Positions 45,119 to 50,235 of a DNA stretch of 50,235 nucleotides are shown piece after piece. A program made the translations under genes and the position numbers. The notes under the pieces are model-generated. The model searched no databases, was not told where the DNA came from, and saw only the letters and a list, made by a program, of their open reading frames with translations. The DNA comes from Candidatus Cryosericum sp. (lineage in GTDB: Bacteria > Acidobacteriota > Polarisedimenticolia > Gp22-AA2), in the NCBI GenBank assembly GCA_035649235.1, contig DASRJX010000026.1:1-50235 (forward strand), in the 5' to 3' direction. The first letter of the stretch is position 1; every line of letters starts with the position of its first letter.

Positions 45119-46648
45119 GTGCCGGCTTCGACCTCGAGCGTCGCCGCCCCGCCGGACCTCCGCGGGCACGGCACGCCTCCCGATCTGTCGGAGATCCTGA
45201 GAAACCTGTACCTCGAGGAGCGGTCGGGCACTCTCGTCATCAGCCGCAGCGGAGTCGAGAAGCGCATCTTCCTGGAGCGCGGCATGATCGCCGCGGCGAC
45301 GTCCTCGATCGAGGACGAGCGCCTGCCTGCCTTCCTGGCGCAGCGCGGCCTGCTCCGGGCCGAGGAAGCCAGGTCGCTCAAGGGCCTCGAGGACTGTCGG
45401 GCCGCCCAGGCACTCCTGAGCCGCGGCTCGGTCCAGGCGGAGGGGCTCTCCCGGGCGGTCCTGGACCTGGCGCAGCAGGTGCTGACCTCGGTGTTCCGCT
45501 GGGAGGAACTGGAGTACCACTTCGTGGAGGGAGAGGCTCCCCCCTGGCCCGTCGCGACGAACGTCATGCTGAGCCTCGAGCTGATCATCCGCGCGCTGCG
45601 CTCGATGGCCGGGTTCGATGCCGTGAAGCAGGCGCTGCTCCGCCAGGAACGTGCGGTGCGGCTGTCGGACGATCAGTACCTGCCGTTCGAACAGCTCAGC
45701 CTGACCCCCACGGAGGGCTTCATGGTGTCGCGCATCGACGGGCTGACCCGGCCGCGCGACGTCCTGGCCCAGCTCCCTCCCTCGGAGGAGGAAGTGGCGG
45801 CCCGCTTCCTGTTCGGGCTGCTCATCCTGGGGCTGGCGCAGTTCCATCCGCCCATCGGCACGGGCCTCCTGACCTGCGACTTCCTGTTGCGCGGCGACGC
45901 CGAGAAGCGCCGCCGCGAACAGAACGAGCGGGAGGAGATCCACGCCTTCTACCAGACCTGCTGCGCCGGGGATGCCGCCGCCACGCTGGGCGTCCGCGAC
46001 GGATCGGGCCCCGACGAGATCAAACGCGCGTACGAGCAGAAGAAGGAGCGCTACGACGCGGGGCGCTACCTGCGGCGGGTCCAGGTCGATCTGAGAGAGG
46101 AGCTGCAGATCATCGAGGCACGCCTGCTCGAGGGCTTTCTCGCGCTCCGGGCACGAGCCCTGGAGGCCCGCCAGGCCCAGGCGCCGGGGGAGCGGGCCTC
46201 CGCCACGGAGTATGACGTGACCGGCAAGCGCAAGGAGCTCAGCAAAACGGAGAATCAGTCGGTCGAGGAAGTGCGCCGGCAGATGGCGGAGCGCTATTTC
46301 GCCAAGGCGCGCGACCACTGGAAGTTGGGCGACATCTACAACTGCATCCGCTACTGCGAGTTCGCCCAGACCCATCACGACGACGAGGCCGCCATCCACA
46401 GCCTGCTCGGCCAGGCCCTGGCGCTCAATCCGGACCACCGCTGGCAGCGTCGTGCCGAGGCCGCCCTGATCCGGGCGACCGAGCTCGAGCCTTTCAACGC
46501 CAACCACTTCGTGTTCCTCGGCGAGCTCTACAAAAAGAACGGTCTCTTCGGCAAGGCCCGCAAGCAGTTCGAGAAGGCGATCGCCATCCTGCCCTCGCAC
46601 GCCCAGGCCTGCCAGGCGCTCAAGGACCTCCCGTCCGGAAAGAGCTGA
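45119..46648 (+). CDS. DUF4388 (PATAN-like) domain, degenerate J domain and TPR protein
   Basis: L..LY.EERSGTL.......KRIFLERG.I..A.S....ERL...L..RG.L; J-like TLGV......DEIKRAY......YDAGRY; C-terminal TPRs. Confidence 0.8.
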   Translation: MPASTSSVAAPPDLRGHGTPPDLSEILRNLYLEERSGTLVISRSGVEKRIFLERGMIAAATSSIEDERLPAFLAQRGLLRAEEARSLKGLEDCRAAQALLSRGSVQAEGLSRAVLDLAQQVLTSVFRWEELEYHFVEGEAPPWPVATNVMLSLELIIRALRSMAGFDAVKQALLRQERAVRLSDDQYLPFEQLSLTPTEGFMVSRIDGLTRPRDVLAQLPPSEEEVAARFLFGLLILGLAQFHPPIGTGLLTCDFLLRGDAEKRRREQNEREEIHAFYQTCCAGDAAATLGVRDGSGPDEIKRAYEQKKERYDAGRYLRRVQVDLREELQIIEARLLEGFLALRARALEARQAQAPGERASATEYDVTGKRKELSKTENQSVEEVRRQMAERYFAKARDHWKLGDIYNCIRYCEFAQTHHDDEAAIHSLLGQALALNPDHRWQRRAEAALIRATELEPFNANHFVFLGELYKKNGLFGKARKQFEKAIAILPSHAQACQALKDLPSGKS

Positions 46649-46716
46649 ACCGGGCTCGTTCACAAGCCCGCCCTGTCCGTGCTGCGCCGCCCGGGAACCC
46701 GGGCCGCGACCCACCG

Positions 46717-46744
46717 TTGACAGCGACGACGCCCGTGGTATAAT
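46717..46744 (+). promoter_or_regulatory. Consensus sigma70 promoter TTGACA-N16-(TGg)TATAAT for yceD-rpmF-plsX-fabH-fabD
   Basis: Perfect -35 at 46717-46722 and -10 at 46739-46744 with extended TG. Confidence 0.9.
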
Positions 46745-46771
46745 TCGCGCGACCCCCTGGGATCGATACCC

Positions 46772-47290
46772 ATGTATATAGAAGTAAAGGAGATAGGTCC
46801 CGAGGGGATGGTCGTGGATCGTGACCTCCCCTGCACCCTTCCACTCCCCAAGGAGGGGGAGGATCGGGTGGCGGTGTCATCGGTCCACTTGAGCGGCGAG
46901 TTGCACAAGGACGGCGAGGAGGTCGCGTTCTCGGGCGACATCGAGACGGTCGCGACGCTCCTCTGCAGTCGCTGTCTGGAGACGTACCGTCTGCCGCTCG
47001 ACCTGCATTTCGATCTGAAGTACACGGCGGAGCCAGAGGCCGCCGGGGCGGGGGAGAGCCGGGTTGACGAGCACAGCATCACCGTGGTCCACTTCGACGG
47101 GGCGCGCATCGGTCTCGACGACCTGCTCGCCGAGCAGATTCTCCTCGGCCTGCCGTTGAAGCCGCTCTGCCGCGAGGATTGCGGTGGGTTGTGCCCTCAG
47201 TGCGGGGCGAATCGCAACACGCAGGCCTGCGGATGTTCGACCGAGCGAGGCGCGGATCCGCGCCTCGCCGCACTCAAGAAGCTCCTCTAG
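46772..47290 (+). CDS. yceD: YceD/DUF177 family protein
   Basis: CSRCL, PLKPLCREDCGGLCPQCG.N.N...C.C, DPRLAALKKL; directly upstream of rpmF. Confidence 0.95.
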   Translation: MYIEVKEIGPEGMVVDRDLPCTLPLPKEGEDRVAVSSVHLSGELHKDGEEVAFSGDIETVATLLCSRCLETYRLPLDLHFDLKYTAEPEAAGAGESRVDEHSITVVHFDGARIGLDDLLAEQILLGLPLKPLCREDCGGLCPQCGANRNTQACGCSTERGADPRLAALKKLL

Positions 47291-47312
47291 AGCTTGACAG
47301 GAACGCACGCCA

Positions 47313-47495
47313 ATGCCGAACCCGAAACGCCGTCACTCCCGCGCCCGCCGCGATAAGCGCCGCGCGCACGACAGTCTCAGCCGCCCGGCGCTGTCCCGCT
47401 GCCCGAACTGCGATGAGGCCAGACTGCCGCACCGGGTCTGCCCTCACTGCGGGTACTACAAGGGGCGGGAGGTCATCGAAGGGTCCGAGGCCTAA
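47313..47495 (+). CDS. rpmF: 50S ribosomal protein L32 (zinc-binding form)
   Basis: PNPKRRHSRARRDKRRAH, CPNC...PHRVCPHCGYYKG. Confidence 0.98.
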   Translation: MPNPKRRHSRARRDKRRAHDSLSRPALSRCPNCDEARLPHRVCPHCGYYKGREVIEGSEA

Positions 47496-47516
47496 CCACT
47501 CCTCGACGAGCCAGGG

Positions 47517-48572
47517 ATGGAACGACCGGTAGCCATCGACGCCATGGGCGGCGACCATTCCCCGGCGCACCCCGTGGCCGGCGCCGTGAAGGCGGCCCGG
47601 GAGCTCGGCGTGCCGGTCGTCCTGGTTGGACAGCGCCCCGAGATCGAAGCCGAGCTGCAGCGCCACAAGACCGCCGGCCTTCCCATCACCATCGAGCACG
47701 CCTCGGAAACGGTCGGCATGGACGAGTCGCCGGTGAATGCCTTCCGGCGCAAGAAGGACTCGTCGATCCACGTCGCCTCCAGCCTCATGCGTGACGGCCA
47801 GGTGCAGGGCGTTGTGAGCGCCGGCAACACGGGCGCGGTGATGACCACCGTCAAGGTGCTGTGCGGCGTCCTCGAGGGGGTCGAGAGGCCGGCCCTGTGC
47901 GCCGTCGTCCCCAACCTCACCGGCCCGTCCGTCTGGCTCGACGTCGGCGCCAACGTCGACTGCCGTCCGGTGCACCTCGTCCAGTTCGCCGTCATGGGAC
48001 ACCTCTACGCACGCGAGGTCCTCGGGCTGCCGGTCCCGCGCGTCGGCCTGATGAGCGTGGGGGAGGAAGAGGGGAAGGGAAACGAGGTGACGCGCGAAGC
48101 CTTCCGGATCCTCAAGGACATGCCCCTCAACTTCATCGGTAATGTCGAGGGCCGGGACATCTTCAACGGCAAGGCCGACGTGATCGTGTGCGACGGGTTC
48201 ATCGGCAACGTCTCCCTGAAGGCGGTCGAGAGCGCCGCCGAGGCCCTCCTCCACTTCATGAAGGCCGAGGTCTCCAAGTCGCTCCTGGCCAAGATCGGAT
48301 ATCTCCTGGCGGCTCCCGCCTTCCGCTCCTTCCGGCGCAAGGTGGACTACGCGGAGTACGGTGGCGTGCCGCTGCTGGGCGTGCGGGGGACGGCGATCGT
48401 CTGCCACGGCGGATCGTCGTCCAGGGCGATCCGGAATGCCGTGCGCGTGGCGATCGAATTCAACCGGCACCGGGTCAACGATCGCATCCACGACGAGATC
48501 GCGACGCTGGCCCCGCGCGAGCCTCGCGCCCAGGCCGGCGCGGGCGCCGTGCACCCCGGGAGCCCCGCGTGA
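47517..48572 (+). CDS. plsX: Phosphate acyltransferase PlsX
   Basis: IDAMGGD, SAGNTGA, RPAL, LDVGANVDC, GEEEGKG, NFIGNVEGRD, VCDGFIGN..LK, YGG.PLLG, HG.S. Confidence 0.98.
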   Translation: MERPVAIDAMGGDHSPAHPVAGAVKAARELGVPVVLVGQRPEIEAELQRHKTAGLPITIEHASETVGMDESPVNAFRRKKDSSIHVASSLMRDGQVQGVVSAGNTGAVMTTVKVLCGVLEGVERPALCAVVPNLTGPSVWLDVGANVDCRPVHLVQFAVMGHLYAREVLGLPVPRVGLMSVGEEEGKGNEVTREAFRILKDMPLNFIGNVEGRDIFNGKADVIVCDGFIGNVSLKAVESAAEALLHFMKAEVSKSLLAKIGYLLAAPAFRSFRRKVDYAEYGGVPLLGVRGTAIVCHGGSSSRAIRNAVRVAIEFNRHRVNDRIHDEIATLAPREPRAQAGAGAVHPGSPA

Positions 48573-49567
48573 GCGAAGGCGCCCGCCGCGCGGTGATCCG
48601 CGGCACCGGGTCCTCGCTGCCGGAGGGCGTCATGTCCAACGCCGATCTGGCGCGCATGGTCGACACTTCGGACGAGTGGATCACCTCCCGGACCGGCATC
48701 CGCGAGCGGCGCGTCGCCTCTGCGGAAGAGCCGATGTCCAAGTTCGCCACGCTGGCGGCGCGGCAGGCGCTCGAGGCCGCGGGCGTCACGGCCGCCGATC
48801 TCGACCTGCTGATCTGCGCCAGCGTCACGCCCGACATGCCAATCCCGTCGACCGCGTGCATCATCCAGGACCAGCTGGGAGCCGCGAACGCGGCCGCCTT
48901 CGACCTGGCCGCCGGCTGCACCGGATTCCTCTACGGCCTGGCGGTCGCGGAGCGCTTCCTGGCCTCGCCTCAGTACCGGAACGTCCTGGTGATCGGCGCC
49001 GAGGTCCTGAGCAAGTACGTCGACTGGACGGACAGGACCACCTGCGTCCTGTTCGGCGACGGGGCCGGGGCGGCGGTCCTGTCCGCCGGCGAGGCGCCCT
49101 ATGGCGTCCTGGCCACGGCACTGCGCGCCGACGGCTCGCTGGCCGACTACATCCACGTCCCCGCCGGCGGCACCCGCGAGCCAGCCTCCGAGAAGACCAT
49201 CGCCGACAGGAGGCACTACATCAAGATGAAGGGGAACGAGACCTTCAAGATGGCGGTGCGATCGATGGAGGAGATGTCGCGCGACGTGCTGCAGAAAGCG
49301 GGTCTCGCGACCGGCGACATCGACCTGTTCATCCCGCATCAAGCGAACCGGCGGATCATCGATGCCGTCGGAAGCCGCCTCGGGCTGCGCGAGGACCAGG
49401 TCTTCGTCAACATCGAACGGGTCGGCAACACGGCGGCCGCCTCGATTCCGGTGGCGCTCGACGAGGCGGTGCGACAGGGGCGGCTGAAGTCGGGGGACGT
49501 CGTGCTGTTCACCGCGTTCGGCACCGGCTTGACGTGGGGCGCGTCGGCCGTCCGGTGGGGCGGGTGA
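48569..49567 (+). CDS. fabH: Beta-ketoacyl-ACP synthase III
   Basis: DTSDEWI..RTGI.ERR, AAGC (Cys), FGDGAGA, PHQAN (His), GNT (Asn). GTG 48569. Confidence 0.97.
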   Translation: MSEGARRAVIRGTGSSLPEGVMSNADLARMVDTSDEWITSRTGIRERRVASAEEPMSKFATLAARQALEAAGVTAADLDLLICASVTPDMPIPSTACIIQDQLGAANAAAFDLAAGCTGFLYGLAVAERFLASPQYRNVLVIGAEVLSKYVDWTDRTTCVLFGDGAGAAVLSAGEAPYGVLATALRADGSLADYIHVPAGGTREPASEKTIADRRHYIKMKGNETFKMAVRSMEEMSRDVLQKAGLATGDIDLFIPHQANRRIIDAVGSRLGLREDQVFVNIERVGNTAAASIPVALDEAVRQGRLKSGDVVLFTAFGTGLTWGASAVRWGG

Positions 49568-50235
49568 AGGACCTCCCGCGCCTGGCGCTCCTCTTTCCCG
49601 GCCAGGGCTCTCAGGTGGTCGGCATGGGCCGCTCGGTCTGCGCCCGGCACCCCGAGGCGAAGGCGGTCTTCGATCGTGCCGACCGGGCGCTCGGATTCGC
49701 GCTCAGCGGCGTCTGCTTCGACGGGCCGGAGGAGGCGCTGAAGCTGACCGCCACGACCCAGCCGGCGATCCTGACGACCAGCCTGGCCCTGCTCGCGGCG
49801 CTCCGCGCCGTGGCACCCGATCTCATCCCCGCCCAGGTGGCGTGCGCCGCCGGGCACTCGCTCGGCGAGTATTCCGCCCTGGTGGCCGCCGGCGCGCTCG
49901 ACCTCGAGGACGCCGTCCGCACGGTGAGGCGCCGCGGCGAGTACATGCAGGAGGCGGTTCCGGCGGGCGAGGGAGCGATGGCCGCCGTCCTGGGAGTCCC
50001 GCTGGACACCGTGGAGGCGCTCTGCAAGGAGGCCTCCCAGGGGGAGGTCCTGGCCCCCGCGAATCACAACGCTCCGGATCAGACGGTCGTGGCGGGAACG
50101 GCGGAGGCGGTGCGCCGGCTGGCGCAGATCGCCCGGGGCCGCGGGGCCCGCAAGGTCGTGGAACTGCCCGTGAGCGCGCCTTTCCACTGTGCCCTGATGC
50201 GGCCAGCGCAGGAGCGCTTGGCCCGCGATCTGGCG
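49564..50235 (+). CDS. fabD: Malonyl CoA-ACP transacylase, partial (runs off the window)
   Basis: LFPGQGSQ..GMG, TQPA, AGHSLGEYSAL, RG..MQ, LPVSAPFHC.LM. GTG 49564. Confidence 0.96.
   Translation, partial: MKDLPRLALLFPGQGSQVVGMGRSVCARHPEAKAVFDRADRALGFALSGVCFDGPEEALKLTATTQPAILTTSLALLAALRAVAPDLIPAQVACAAGHSLGEYSALVAAGALDLEDAVRTVRRRGEYMQEAVPAGEGAMAAVLGVPLDTVEALCKEASQGEVLAPANHNAPDQTVVAGTAEAVRRLAQIARGRGARKVVELPVSAPFHCALMRPAQERLARDLA

Noticed and set aside
46651-46670. Hairpin CGGGCT-N8-AGCCCG after the DUF4388 gene, and a similar GC hairpin near 5124-5140
   Set aside because: No U-tract, so not supportable as intrinsic terminators.
47294-47299. TTGACA upstream of rpmF
   Set aside because: No -10 box 16-18 bp downstream, and too close to the ATG; the operon promoter is at 46717-46744.
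13658-47495. Zinc-ribbon forms of S18 and L32, and Cys pairs in HisRS, RecO and YceD
   Set aside because: These are normal variants of the families.
19-49342. Many long antisense or alternate-frame ORFs (e.g. 19-2985, 5947-8703, 31197-34154, 41907-43928 on minus)
   Set aside because: They shadow well-supported genes, are rich in Arg/Ala/Gly/Pro and carry no motifs. This is expected from stop-codon scarcity in GC-rich DNA.
1-50235. CRISPR arrays, IS elements, integrases, prophage or defence genes, including at the tRNA-Gln 3' end
   Set aside because: No regular repeat-spacer pattern, transposase or integrase motif, or duplicated tRNA end was seen; composition looks uniform apart from promoter regions.

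Overview
A very GC-rich, gene-dense chromosomal core region with no mobile elements, CRISPR arrays or rRNA. Gene content and order suggest a diderm, probably an Acidobacteriota-like bacterium (inference). From left to right: (1) the partial start of a family-5 ABC solute-binding lipoprotein on the minus strand, absent from the ORF track; (2) an alkaline-phosphatase-superfamily enzyme, envC, an S41/CtpA homolog, a Ser/Thr kinase, a TPR protein, a LolB-like lipoprotein, ispE, spoVG, tRNA-Gln(UUG), prs, rplY, pth, rpsF, rpsR, rplI, three small membrane-protein genes and leuB; (3) a beta-propeller gene divergent from hisS-aspS; (4) a 12-gene run phoH, 7TM-HD, ybeY, era, mgtE, recO, glyQ, glyS, ppdK, rimK, M14 peptidase, mutL; (5) a lytic transglycosylase and a convergent TPR gene; (6) a four-gene sigma54 signalling operon; (7) yceD-rpmF-plsX-fabH-fabD (partial). 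The strongest leads are these. An envelope cluster joins envC-ctpA to the TPR(LbcA-like)-lolB-ispE locus, and its CtpA has lost both catalytic residues. A sigma54 promoter with tandem enhancers 32 bp apart precedes its own activator, in an operon ending in a J-domain protein that lacks HPD. A 9-codon uORF and hairpin sequester the mgtE start codon. A RimK/M14 pair could be a glutamylation writer and eraser, and S6 here lacks the usual C-terminal Glu. There is also a VanZ-glutaredoxin fusion and several apparently leaderless genes. All family assignments come from motif recognition by eye; no database searches were run.
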